DNA from: a virus | Virus record (IMG/VR): IMGVR_UViG_3300037851_000431 | Location: 41,737-105,736 of that record | Direction: 5' to 3' (one strand) | Length of the DNA: 64,000 nt | Made by a program: the position numbers and the translations under genes | In this document: positions 55,833 through 64,000 of the stretch, in pieces | How the letters are laid out: each line of letters starts with the position of its first letter | Position numbering within the stretch: the stretch's first letter is position 1 | Notes under the pieces: generated by a model | Database searches by the model: none | What the model was told of the DNA's origin: nothing | What the model saw: only the letters and a program-made list of their open reading frames with translations

Positions 55833-56063
55833 ATGAAACTATCCGAAGTCTATAAAAAAGACAAAGGAATTTGTTATCTGTGTGGTAAGCATGTAAAACG
55901 ATCTGATGCATCTAGGGATCATGTAATTCCTAAGTCTTGGGGAGGTACTGCTGGACAAAAGGGTGAAAGGCTAAGGCTCGCACATAAAAACTGCAACTAT
56001 ATTCGTGGTGATATGAGTGTAGAAGAGGCGAGGGAAAAACTTGCTGAACCTAAGGTTTATTGA
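55833..56063 (+). CDS. HNH endonuclease
   Basis: CYLCG...DHVIPKSWGG...LAHKNCN. The ORF-track start lies inside the tRNA, so ATG 55833 is preferred. Confidence 0.85.
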   Translation: MKLSEVYKKDKGICYLCGKHVKRSDASRDHVIPKSWGGTAGQKGERLRLAHKNCNYIRGDMSVEEAREKLAEPKVY

Positions 56064-56550
56064 TAAGAAATTTGCACTCTCTGGTGGATTTACCGATCTT
56101 CCTAAAGATATTGCCTACCTTTCGACGCTAGGCGTCGTCGCAATTCTTGATGTAGGAATGACGCCTGACGACGATTATATTGCAATGGGTTTGTATATTG
56201 AGAATGAATGTGCCAAGGAGGAGATTGAATACGATTATATTCCTATGAGGGACGACGAATTTAATGACGATATTCACGAAGATTGGCGAGAAGCGGCAAA
56301 TATTCTTGCCGATTGGGTAAAGCGTTATCCCAATCGTCGTCAATTTATTCTCATTAAATGTGCAACAGGTATTAGTAGGTCTGCCTCTGTATTGATCTAC
56401 TATCTATGTAGAGAGCAGCGTATGTCCTACATAGAAGCCCTAGGTTATGTTAGGAATGCAGAGAGTGGCCAAACTGAATTTGGCGTCAGTCTAAACAATT
56501 ACTTCCATAATCAGTTGAAAGGTATGTTCAAGGATTACACATATGACTAG
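56041..56550 (+). CDS. Dual-specificity/tyrosine phosphatase family protein
   Basis: IPMRD general-acid loop and KCATGISRS (CX5R). Confidence 0.85.
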   Translation: MLNLRFIDKKFALSGGFTDLPKDIAYLSTLGVVAILDVGMTPDDDYIAMGLYIENECAKEEIEYDYIPMRDDEFNDDIHEDWREAANILADWVKRYPNRRQFILIKCATGISRSASVLIYYLCREQRMSYIEALGYVRNAESGQTEFGVSLNNYFHNQLKGMFKDYTYD

Positions 56551-56860
56551 TATGCTGTCTGAAAAGTTGAGTCCCGACCGATTTACTGCCATGAGTGGAA
56601 AGATGGCAGCAATTGTAGGATATATTATTAATGAGAAGTTTACCGATCCCACAATTGAGGATATGGTAGTTACTTCCGATCATTTTGTTCTGGCACAGGT
56701 AGAAGGTGACATTGGATACAACGAGTTTATTGGGCATGAAAGTGATCTAGAGTCCAATTGGAAGAGGCTGCTTATTGCGGCAGACCTTACTAATGAAGAG
56801 ATGACAGAAGCTAATAATCTTTATAAGGAGAAGTTCGGTGACAACCGACAATTTGACTGA
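56543..56860 (+). CDS. Hypothetical protein
   Basis: Operon packing. Confidence 0.55.
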   Translation: MTSMLSEKLSPDRFTAMSGKMAAIVGYIINEKFTDPTIEDMVVTSDHFVLAQVEGDIGYNEFIGHESDLESNWKRLLIAADLTNEEMTEANNLYKEKFGDNRQFD

Positions 56861-57077
56861 GACTGTGGACATTACTCCTACAGATGTGGGTTTTAGTAAG
56901 ATCATGACGATGTTTCTTGATCAAATTCTTGATACTACCTTTGTTCGAAGTCAGAAAACTACAGCAATTCTGCTGTCGTCGGTTCTCGATATTGCTCGAT
57001 ATATGAGCCAGAAGAACCCCACAGAATTCAACAAAATCGTCAAGTATCTGGATGATTTGGGACATGAGCCTAAGTAA
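56838..57077 (+). CDS. Hypothetical protein
   Basis: SD AAGGAG; GTG start. Confidence 0.5.
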   Translation: MTTDNLTETVDITPTDVGFSKIMTMFLDQILDTTFVRSQKTTAILLSSVLDIARYMSQKNPTEFNKIVKYLDDLGHEPK

Positions 57078-58260
57078 CTTTGAAGTCGCAAAGAAATTTG
57101 CGCAAAGAACAATTCCTAAGGTTCGTAAAGATAGTTATGGCTATGAGGGAAGAACAGGCTTTCATAATAGCCGGGGAAATGTTTTTACTGATACCCACAA
57201 TACAGAAATTTATTCTTACGGCACACATTTTACGATGGCTATCGCCTACGATGATAAGAAGTTGTTTCTTATCAATGGCGATACCTATAGTCATACTACT
57301 TCCCGGCATCAGAGTGAGGTTCGGGGAGCAATTCAAAATCATGGACCCTCTGATTGGAAAAGCATTATTCTTCCCTTCTCTGCACTAAATGCAGCAGGAA
57401 TTAATTTCGATAGTATTGAGCCTATTGAAGTTTATTTTGATAGGGAGGTTGCTATCTGTAAAACCTGTGGTTGGCAGCCCACGGGTTATTATAAGTATGG
57501 TGATCTGCTAGAACACAAAGATAGTAATGAGGATCATGAAACTTACTACTCACATAGACTAGGTGAAGCACTCTTTAGTGCTGAAGTTAGTCGTATGCTA
57601 GAGAGTAATAACAATACTTGGCGCAGAGGGTTTACAGGCTGGCGAAATCCTAAGCAAATTCTTAAAAAGCGCGTATACTTTCTCTCTGGCTTTGATGATA
57701 CGGCAAATCATCGTGGTGGTTACTTCATTAGTGCATTGCCGAAGAAGGTTTCTACGGTTGATGAGGCTTATGAGGCACTAAAGCCTAAGGAAGTCGTTGA
57801 GGCAGAGAGTAAGGGTATCAAGGTTCTTAGGCAGGGTGATATCTTCGCTATTCCTACAGAGTATACTACTGCTGAATTGAGGCAATTCAAGCATACCTAT
57901 ACCAAGGCAAAGCGCGAGGAATATCCTAGTCATAAGCGCATTTTCCTTGATTGGCGAAATCGTGAGAAGTATGCTGAAGAGTATGCTGATCAAATTGCCG
58001 AACACTCTTGGTATATTGAAAAAGAATACTGGCGTGTTGAGCGCCCCGGTGTGCTAGGTACAGATCATACCGTAGGTGAGATGCTTATTCTTACTGGTAA
58101 GAAGCCTGAAACCTACGCACGCGGGTCTATTAGACATAATCATAATGACAACCCCCCGAGTCCTGAGCATAGGGTTGTTTATCTAGCCAAGGGTATTTGG
58201 TATCGTATGGTGCGCAACACATCCCTTGGCGATTGGACTGCACAGGGGAATGTGGATTAA
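57064..58260 (+). CDS. Large conserved phage hypothetical protein
   Basis: IYSYG...YSHTTSRHQ N-terminal domain and RQGDIF...PEH C-terminal domain. Confidence 0.7.
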   Translation: MSLSNFEVAKKFAQRTIPKVRKDSYGYEGRTGFHNSRGNVFTDTHNTEIYSYGTHFTMAIAYDDKKLFLINGDTYSHTTSRHQSEVRGAIQNHGPSDWKSIILPFSALNAAGINFDSIEPIEVYFDREVAICKTCGWQPTGYYKYGDLLEHKDSNEDHETYYSHRLGEALFSAEVSRMLESNNNTWRRGFTGWRNPKQILKKRVYFLSGFDDTANHRGGYFISALPKKVSTVDEAYEALKPKEVVEAESKGIKVLRQGDIFAIPTEYTTAELRQFKHTYTKAKREEYPSHKRIFLDWRNREKYAEEYADQIAEHSWYIEKEYWRVERPGVLGTDHTVGEMLILTGKKPETYARGSIRHNHNDNPPSPEHRVVYLAKGIWYRMVRNTSLGDWTAQGNVD

Positions 58261-58911
58261 ATGCATGATGATCACATTACACAGTTTGCAGCAATTTTCT
58301 CTGCTGCTGGTGCAGTATTGCACTTTGATACTGGAACAGCAACACTAGAAGTTGTTGAGACTGGTAATCAGGGGTTTATTAATCGGGCTGTAGAGGAAGT
58401 TAGTTTGTATGAAAACACAGCAAACTATTCAGATGGATTGGCTGCTGTTTTTCATGCTGACTATATCGATAATAAAGAAACACCGTTTACCTCAGAACAG
58501 AGAGAGCGTGTACTAACAGAATTGGGTATCAAATCTGGCGGTAAGTTTATCGCTCAGTATCTTGCTACCCAAAAAACTAACAGGGCTTGGCATACATCAG
58601 ACGTTCCAAATCAATGCTCCTATTTTGGTGATGAGTGTACAAATAGAGGCATTGTTGAAGTACCGGGTAAGCGTGGAAGGAAATCCAACCGTAAACCTAC
58701 GGACTTTCACCGTATGTCAAGTATGGGTACTATTGCTAGGGAGCAATTGGTTACTAAAGCACTGGATAACTTGTATCACAGTATTCCTAGTGAGAAACTA
58801 ATCAGTGCCAACAATGGTAATATCTCACTCAATAGGCTCAAGGATTTGCCCGATGAAAAGTTGCATGAAATTCTTGAGGCAATCGAACAAATTAAGCGGG
58901 GTAGAACATGA
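58261..58911 (+). CDS. Hypothetical protein
   Basis: 216-aa ORF, packed in the operon. Confidence 0.6.
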   Translation: MHDDHITQFAAIFSAAGAVLHFDTGTATLEVVETGNQGFINRAVEEVSLYENTANYSDGLAAVFHADYIDNKETPFTSEQRERVLTELGIKSGGKFIAQYLATQKTNRAWHTSDVPNQCSYFGDECTNRGIVEVPGKRGRKSNRKPTDFHRMSSMGTIAREQLVTKALDNLYHSIPSEKLISANNGNISLNRLKDLPDEKLHEILEAIEQIKRGRT

Positions 58912-59333
58912 CAGCAATTGATCTAGATGTAGATCGTAAACTATTGCTTGATCTAGCATCTGATGGCATGGATTATGTATGCCGTGGATATTGGGCACAG
59001 ATTGAGCAATATAAGTGGTATTTTTGGTATGTCTGTGATGACAACGGGGAGCCGGATACCTATCAAATTAGCCCTGATCTAACTGATGATACTGTCCTAT
59101 TTCGTTTGCGCGATGATGGGGATGGTGAAGCAGAAGATGAGGATAGACCCTTTGTAGATATTACAATTAATAAGTTAAGAGAAGCATTCTTCTGGACACT
59201 TATTAATTATGGTCATACTGTACTTCCTTTTGAAGTGTCAGAGGGTAACACCATTGTTGAATGTAACTATGACGCTATTACCGCTGATGTAATGCTTCAG
59301 TACATTGTGTTTGGGGAAGTAGTTTATGGCTAA
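58908..59333 (+). CDS. Acidic conserved phage protein
   Basis: YDAITADVMLQYIVFGEVVYG C-terminal motif. Confidence 0.65.
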   Translation: MTAIDLDVDRKLLLDLASDGMDYVCRGYWAQIEQYKWYFWYVCDDNGEPDTYQISPDLTDDTVLFRLRDDGDGEAEDEDRPFVDITINKLREAFFWTLINYGHTVLPFEVSEGNTIVECNYDAITADVMLQYIVFGEVVYG

Positions 59334-59883
59334 CCCGGAAACAATTTATCATGGTCCCTATGAAATTCGTATCAAGCGGCTGCGTCCTAAGAAGGTAACT
59401 AATGATTGGGGCAAGCCGCTAAACGATCCACTTGTTGCTGCAACTATTGGATATAATCTAACCAAAGATGAGGATCAGGAGGTTATGTATGTAATCGGCC
59501 TAGATGCCTCTGAGCGAGTCCTATACATTCAAGAGATTTATCGTGGTACGAATGCGAAAATTTCGGTAAGGATCGCAGAGTTACTAAGGGCAGCAGTAAT
59601 TGAGAATGCACGACGAGTCATTGTTTTGCACAATCACCCTGCCGGTGATCCTACTCCTAGTGCCGAAGATATTGACACCTTGACAAAATTGGTAGAAGGT
59701 GGTAAAGTACTAGGTATCGAAATCTACGATTACCAAGTCGTGTGCGATGATCCCAATAAGTTTTGGTCCGGTGCAGTAGCAGTTGCTCCTAATCTAATGC
59801 TAGGCGATCTAAGTAAGTTGGATGTAAGTAATGGGCTTATTGACCGAGATTTGCTACGACAGCAAATGTCCCCTTCAAGTTAA
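59326..59883 (+). CDS. radC: RadC-like JAB-domain protein
   Basis: QEVMYVIGLD, HNHPAGDPTPSAEDI and LGIEIYD motifs. Confidence 0.9.
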   Translation: MANPETIYHGPYEIRIKRLRPKKVTNDWGKPLNDPLVAATIGYNLTKDEDQEVMYVIGLDASERVLYIQEIYRGTNAKISVRIAELLRAAVIENARRVIVLHNHPAGDPTPSAEDIDTLTKLVEGGKVLGIEIYDYQVVCDDPNKFWSGAVAVAPNLMLGDLSKLDVSNGLIDRDLLRQQMSPSS

Positions 59884-60151
59884 ATATCCTCACTATATTG
59901 ATGAGTCTCCAATTCCCGATTCCGATACTCGCGTGAATTGGGAATTGGAGCAAATCAAACATAGACGGGGAAATGTGTGTTGGAAGTGTAAAACCTACCT
60001 AACACCTAAAGATCAAGATCATACATTCTGTAATCCTTGTTGGAATCGAATGAACAAGGATGATATTTGTACAGTTTGTGGGGAATTTGAAGAGTACGGT
60101 CATCACATATTTGAACCTTATGTTCCAGATTACATGGATGAGGGTAATTAA
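59831..60151 (+). CDS. Cys-rich Zn-finger protein
   Basis: CWKC, CNPC and CTVC motifs; start uncertain. Confidence 0.5.
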   Translation: MGLLTEICYDSKCPLQVKYPHYIDESPIPDSDTRVNWELEQIKHRRGNVCWKCKTYLTPKDQDHTFCNPCWNRMNKDDICTVCGEFEEYGHHIFEPYVPDYMDEGN

Positions 60152-60156
60152 TTAAG

Positions 60157-60435
60157 ATGGTACAAATCCACGATCATATTGATGAGAAATATATCAATAC
60201 TGATAAGTGGGAAATTAGTTGTCCAGTATGTGAGGATGAAATAGAAGCTGAATATACTGGCACTGAATGGATTTGCAGGGCTTGTGGATACCGTACAGAC
60301 GGCCCTGAGGGCATTGTGAATGTCACAGAGCGCGACTATTACCGATGGGAATGGGAGCGTGGTAAGGAAGAACGAGAATTCTACAAGGAATTCGAAACCC
60401 CAAATGATAGGGAGGAACTCTTTGATGGAATTTGA
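60157..60435 (+). CDS. Acidic Zn-ribbon protein
   Basis: CPVC...WICRACG. Confidence 0.6.
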   Translation: MVQIHDHIDEKYINTDKWEISCPVCEDEIEAEYTGTEWICRACGYRTDGPEGIVNVTERDYYRWEWERGKEEREFYKEFETPNDREELFDGI

Positions 60436-60883
60436 TCCCATCTATGACGATATGGGAGAAATCATTCGTTATAGATGGAATATCGAGGCATGGCTAAATA
60501 GCCTATCTCCTGCCAAACGCAGAAACCATGATCGCAGAATGCGGGTACTTAACCTTGTAGGTAAACTGTATAATAATGTACCGTGGATGCGTTGGCCTAT
60601 TCTAAAGGTTGTTTACGCATTTTGGCACAATCTATTTGAACACGGTATTAAAGATACTATCAAGCCTAGATGGGGAATGATGACATTTGCCTATCTAAAT
60701 GATGGTATCAAGCCTACTGTTTGGCACACTTTCTGGCAAATTACACACGGCTTTAATCATAAGTATAGTGGTATCTACCCTCAGGGTGCGCCTCACAGTC
60801 TAAAACAGGCACAGGAATGGGAACGTGAGTGGGAACAGAAAAGATTGCTCCAACAGGCACTTGATGAAGGGATATTTCTATGA
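60425..60883 (+). CDS. Trp-rich hypothetical protein
   Basis: GGAGG SD before ATG 60425. Confidence 0.55.
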   Translation: MEFDPIYDDMGEIIRYRWNIEAWLNSLSPAKRRNHDRRMRVLNLVGKLYNNVPWMRWPILKVVYAFWHNLFEHGIKDTIKPRWGMMTFAYLNDGIKPTVWHTFWQITHGFNHKYSGIYPQGAPHSLKQAQEWEREWEQKRLLQQALDEGIFL

Positions 60884-61173
60884 GATATGAGCTTAAAGTT
60901 CGTTGGCCTTGTGAATGTACAATAGAATATTTTTCGGATAGGAAGGGCTATTTTATTCAACACAAACCTTATTGCTTCCATAATACGGGGGAGTGGGATG
61001 TAAAAGCAGAAGGACCAGTTGGAACGCCTTATAGTTATATTGAAAGTGACAGTGTTGTACTACAACTTGATTTTATCGATGAAGGTGAGGAGGTTCAAAC
61101 ATTTAAATTGACAAATGATCGATTTGACACTCTAAGGCTTCCTAATTTAGATGAATCGCTTGTAGATAAATAA
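60880..61173 (+). CDS. Hypothetical protein
   Basis: ATGA overlap with the upstream gene. Confidence 0.5.
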   Translation: MRYELKVRWPCECTIEYFSDRKGYFIQHKPYCFHNTGEWDVKAEGPVGTPYSYIESDSVVLQLDFIDEGEEVQTFKLTNDRFDTLRLPNLDESLVDK

Positions 61174-61179
61174 TAAACA

Positions 61180-61470
61180 ATGATCATTACAGGCAACCGC
61201 AAAAAGGACAAAATTGGATACCATTATAAGAAGGATTGTAGAGGTTCTTTTTGCCCTATTCATAATCCTTCTGATCACAAAATGCGGGATTGGCCTATGA
61301 ATTTAAGAATGGATGGATGGGCATTTCCCCTTATTGAAAGGATTTGTCCTCATGGTGTAGGCCACCCCGATCCTGATAGTGCAGCATATCTTGACAAAAC
61401 TAATAACCTAAAGCCTGAATACGGCTATTTTGTGCATGGTTGTGATGGATGTTGTAGGAATGATGGGTAA
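61180..61470 (+). CDS. Cys/His-rich conserved phage protein (actinophage-like)
   Basis: CPIHNPSDH...ERICPHGVGHPDPD...HGCDGCC. Confidence 0.65.
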   Translation: MIITGNRKKDKIGYHYKKDCRGSFCPIHNPSDHKMRDWPMNLRMDGWAFPLIERICPHGVGHPDPDSAAYLDKTNNLKPEYGYFVHGCDGCCRNDG

Positions 61471-62095
61471 TAAAGAATATCAGGATGTTCGTGACGCATT
61501 TGAATTGGCAATGCGCTCTGAAGGTATCAATGAAGAAACGGTGGTACTTATTACCGTTGATGATGCTATTGATAATAACATGGATGATGATCTGGAAGTA
61601 AGGGCACCTGTGGTTATTTATCAGTACTTTGATAACAGTCCTCGATGTGACTGTTGTATGAAAACTATTTTCGATGAGAATTATAAGTGTCCTGATCCTA
61701 ATAATTACAAGGTTCATGGTGTAGTTGAATGGCTTAGATTTGTGTGGGCAATGAATAAAAATATCAAGCGATATATTGCCCCCACAGATTTTGATTGGGA
61801 TCAGGATGATCCTTATGGAAGTTTAGGTGGATTTGGATCACCCCAAGCATTGCTTGGTTCTAAGGAACATCCTATTGATGTTGTGGATAGTCTTACAGGC
61901 GAGTCTTGGGAAAGTGTTGAAGTCTACGAAAACTTCAAGATTTACCTCAACAATACAACTGGTCGAGCATTGATCGAATGCTATAATCCTGAGTTTGAGG
62001 ATTTGTTTGATAGTGCCGTACAGTGTGTGGGTAACGAGTATGTTGGTGAACCTATTCCGCATGTTTGCAAGGCAGCTCAGAAGTATTCAGAGTAA
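61460..62095 (+). CDS. Acidic hypothetical protein
   Basis: Long ORF; probable start at 61460 or 61463. Confidence 0.55.
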   Translation: MMGNKEYQDVRDAFELAMRSEGINEETVVLITVDDAIDNNMDDDLEVRAPVVIYQYFDNSPRCDCCMKTIFDENYKCPDPNNYKVHGVVEWLRFVWAMNKNIKRYIAPTDFDWDQDDPYGSLGGFGSPQALLGSKEHPIDVVDSLTGESWESVEVYENFKIYLNNTTGRALIECYNPEFEDLFDSAVQCVGNEYVGEPIPHVCKAAQKYSE

Positions 62096-62135
62096 CCAAG
62101 AGAAATCTTGGCACAAGTATAAAGGTTTTTGATAA

Positions 62136-62336
62136 ATGAAACTTGTACAAATTAGAATTAATTATCTTCGGGAATTCTCCATTAATGAGGATGTGATTGA
62201 AGCAATTCCCGAGATTGAAGATTATACAGATGAATAGTTGATTGATCTGTGTAAAGATAGTTAGGCAGAACATATTCATGATGATCTACCTGACATGGTA
62301 AAACACATGCATGGTAAGGTAATTATTGATGGATAA
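62136..62336 (+). pseudogene. 66-codon ORF interrupted by two in-frame TAG codons
   Basis: MKLVQ...DYTDE*LIDLCKDS*AEHIHDD...IIDG, ending in TAA. Confidence 0.5.
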
Positions 62337-62393
62337 GAATTGGGTCAAGTGTACAATCACATTAAATTCATATTATCTCTAGGAGTAATTAAA

Positions 62394-62678
62394 ATGGCTC
62401 TCTTTACTAAAAGAATCGTTATGTGTGATGTTTGTGGAAGGGAAATCAAAGAGGGTTCCCCTATGCTTGTGTATCAGACAGGGGTGTTTGATGGACTTAC
62501 TAATTATGATGCTCCTCGATTGATTTCTGCTTCTGGCAAGGTTTATAACAATAAGACATACACTCATATTCGTGCAGTTTGTCTGCGTCGAGTTCATCGC
62601 AAGATTACTGAAAGCTATCTGAGTAAGCCTGTACTGTCCGATATCACAGTGGTTGAGGAAAAGGTTCCCACGACTTGA
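62394..62678 (+). CDS. Zn-binding hypothetical protein
   Basis: AGGAG SD; CDVCG...HIRAVC. Confidence 0.55.
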   Translation: MALFTKRIVMCDVCGREIKEGSPMLVYQTGVFDGLTNYDAPRLISASGKVYNNKTYTHIRAVCLRRVHRKITESYLSKPVLSDITVVEEKVPTT

Positions 62679-62704
62679 CTTCGGGCGCAAGAACATGCTA
62701 TACT
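62675..62704 (+). promoter_or_regulatory. Sigma70-type promoter
   Basis: TTGACT-N18-TATACT with TG extension. Confidence 0.65.
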
Positions 62705-62738
62705 TGATACCGAACAGTCGGGATGTGGAGATACAGGT

Positions 62739-62984
62739 ATGAAGTTCGATTTCAGTCGGTTTCATCCGCTTGATCATTGGACATTTAGTAAAACATGCTT
62801 TGGATGGTATGGTGGACCAATACAACATATGAAATTGTGGGCACAATACCAAGCTCCTGATCCAATAGGTACACTTCTATGTAAATTAAACAAACATAAT
62901 TATGTACCTTGGTGGAATTCTGTTGCCAAAATTGAGGCTGAGCCAACAGGATATATGTGTGAAAGGTGTGGAATTGAAAAATGA
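62739..62984 (+). CDS. Hypothetical protein
   Basis: LCKLNKH...CERCG motif. Confidence 0.55.
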   Translation: MKFDFSRFHPLDHWTFSKTCFGWYGGPIQHMKLWAQYQAPDPIGTLLCKLNKHNYVPWWNSVAKIEAEPTGYMCERCGIEK

Positions 62985-63214
62985 AGGTCAGTATTTCCGA
63001 ACGGCGAGCAATTGAAAGACTAATCCGTGATACGATTATCAATGATATTAGAGTATTCACGGGAGCAAATAGAGAAGATGCATCTAAAGCAACAGATTCT
63101 ATTATTAATTATCTAGAGTCTGTTGGTTATGAAGCAATAGATACAAGTGCTATTCACGAATATTATGATCACCCACAACCGTATATGCTATGCAAAATTT
63201 GCAATGAGGTGTAA
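62981..63214 (+). CDS. Hypothetical protein
   Basis: ATGA overlap with the upstream gene. Confidence 0.5.
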   Translation: MKVSISERRAIERLIRDTIINDIRVFTGANREDASKATDSIINYLESVGYEAIDTSAIHEYYDHPQPYMLCKICNEV

Positions 63215-63316
63215 ATGTGAGCATAAAGATCATGGGAAGTGGGGTTGCTTGTATTTGCACAATTTAGACCGCAGGTTGTGCATAATTTGTTATCTGATCC
63301 ATAGAGGTTACTGAAC

Positions 63317-63538
63317 ATGCCAATTTATATTGCAAGTCAAGGTGAACATTGGTTTAGAAACTATCGTATCGAAGCAGAAGATTTAGCGGGGGCTAAAGAA
63401 ATCTATGAAAACTATCTATATGGTAAAGACACAAAAGATAGTATAGTTTCTATTGATGACCCTGAATATATAGAAGATAATGTAGATGATGTTGTTTGGT
63501 ATCTAGATGGAGAGGAAGTTAGTCTAGTAGATATGTAA
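63317..63538 (+). CDS. Acidic hypothetical protein
   Basis: SD GAGGT; IEAEDLAGAKE. Confidence 0.6.
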   Translation: MPIYIASQGEHWFRNYRIEAEDLAGAKEIYENYLYGKDTKDSIVSIDDPEYIEDNVDDVVWYLDGEEVSLVDM

Positions 63539-63690
63539 AATAGTAGCAGTTAAGGTTATATGTAAAGAGTAAGAAAGGAAGAGAAAGTAACCTGATAAGT
63601 AGCCGAGAAAGGTTACTCTTTGTTACATATCAAATAAATATCGCGTAATTCATTAGATTTCAATCAAATAAATAGCATATTCATAAAAAT

Positions 63691-63733
63691 AAGCACGATT
63701 TCAGTTCATTTCGACTGATTTCGTGCTTTTTTT
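63691..63733 (+). terminator. Terminator-like hairpin ending the early block
   Basis: AAGCACGA..TCAGT/ACTGA..TCGTGCTT followed by a T run. Confidence 0.55.
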
Positions 63734-63945
63734 AATTTCTAAAAAAGGGAAATCGAATTTCATTTAGAAACCTGTTACATAATCGAATATAGAATATTTA
63801 CATTAATAATTACTTTAGTTGTACGAGTATTTGTTGTGGACGATTAGATGCACTAGTTTCGTACATAGTTTCGGGGGGGAATAAGAGAATCTTTCTATCG
63901 GACATATATAGGAACTTTACACTTTCTTTTTCTTTTTTATATATG

Positions 63946-63998
63946 ATTAGCCAATGGAGCGGTGAATAGGATTATAGTTTGAATTAGCCAATGGAGCG
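63946..63998 (+). repeat. 16-bp direct repeat, two copies, period 37
   Basis: ATTAGCCAATGGAGCG at 63946-63961 and 63983-63998. Confidence 0.7.
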
Positions 63999-64000
63999 CG

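Noticed and set aside
63946-63998. CRISPR array
   Set aside because: Only two 16-bp copies with a 21-bp spacer, too short to call.
1-64000. Genome-wide TAG reassignment (genetic code 15)
   Set aside because: Very long Gln-rich genes contain no internal TAG, and many genes end cleanly at TAG followed by the next SD.

Overview
This window is a 64-kb segment of a tailed dsDNA phage genome with siphovirus-type morphogenesis genes. The host is uncertain; a Pro/Thr-rich lipoprotein and an actinophage-like small gene hint at a Terrabacteria host such as Chloroflexota. Positions 1-32.4 kb (+) form the late operon: scaffold end, decoration protein, major capsid, head-tail joining genes interrupted by two glycosyltransferases, tail tube, tail chaperone with a -1 frameshift, tape measure, Dit, a 3047-aa LamG/discoidin/PA14 adhesin carrying a second Dit domain, Tal, three paralogous baseplate proteins, two more glycosyltransferases, a C39-like lysin and a holin. 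Positions 32.6-42.7 kb (+) hold replication and nucleotide genes (gp32-like SSB, DnaB, resolvase-like nuclease, Cas4-like exonuclease, dCMP deaminase, dNMP kinase plus a P-loop-less paralogue, RNase H-like exonuclease). Positions 42.7-49.9 kb (-) form a leftward block that includes a RuvB lacking its RuvA-binding hairpin. Positions 50.4-63.5 kb (+) are early genes, mostly small Zn-finger hypotheticals, with two tRNAs, an HNH nuclease, a CX5R phosphatase and RadC. The strongest novel candidate is an approximately 800-nt, almost fully base-paired RNA at 52.26-53.06 kb. It contains a tandem covarying structural module and an embedded Zn-ribbon micro-ORF. Other candidates are a four-glycosyltransferase virion glycosylation system, an mRNA bracketed by a long-range terminal stem, and a tRNA-His gene that doubles as a sigma70 promoter. 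All family calls come from motif recognition by eye; no searches were run.
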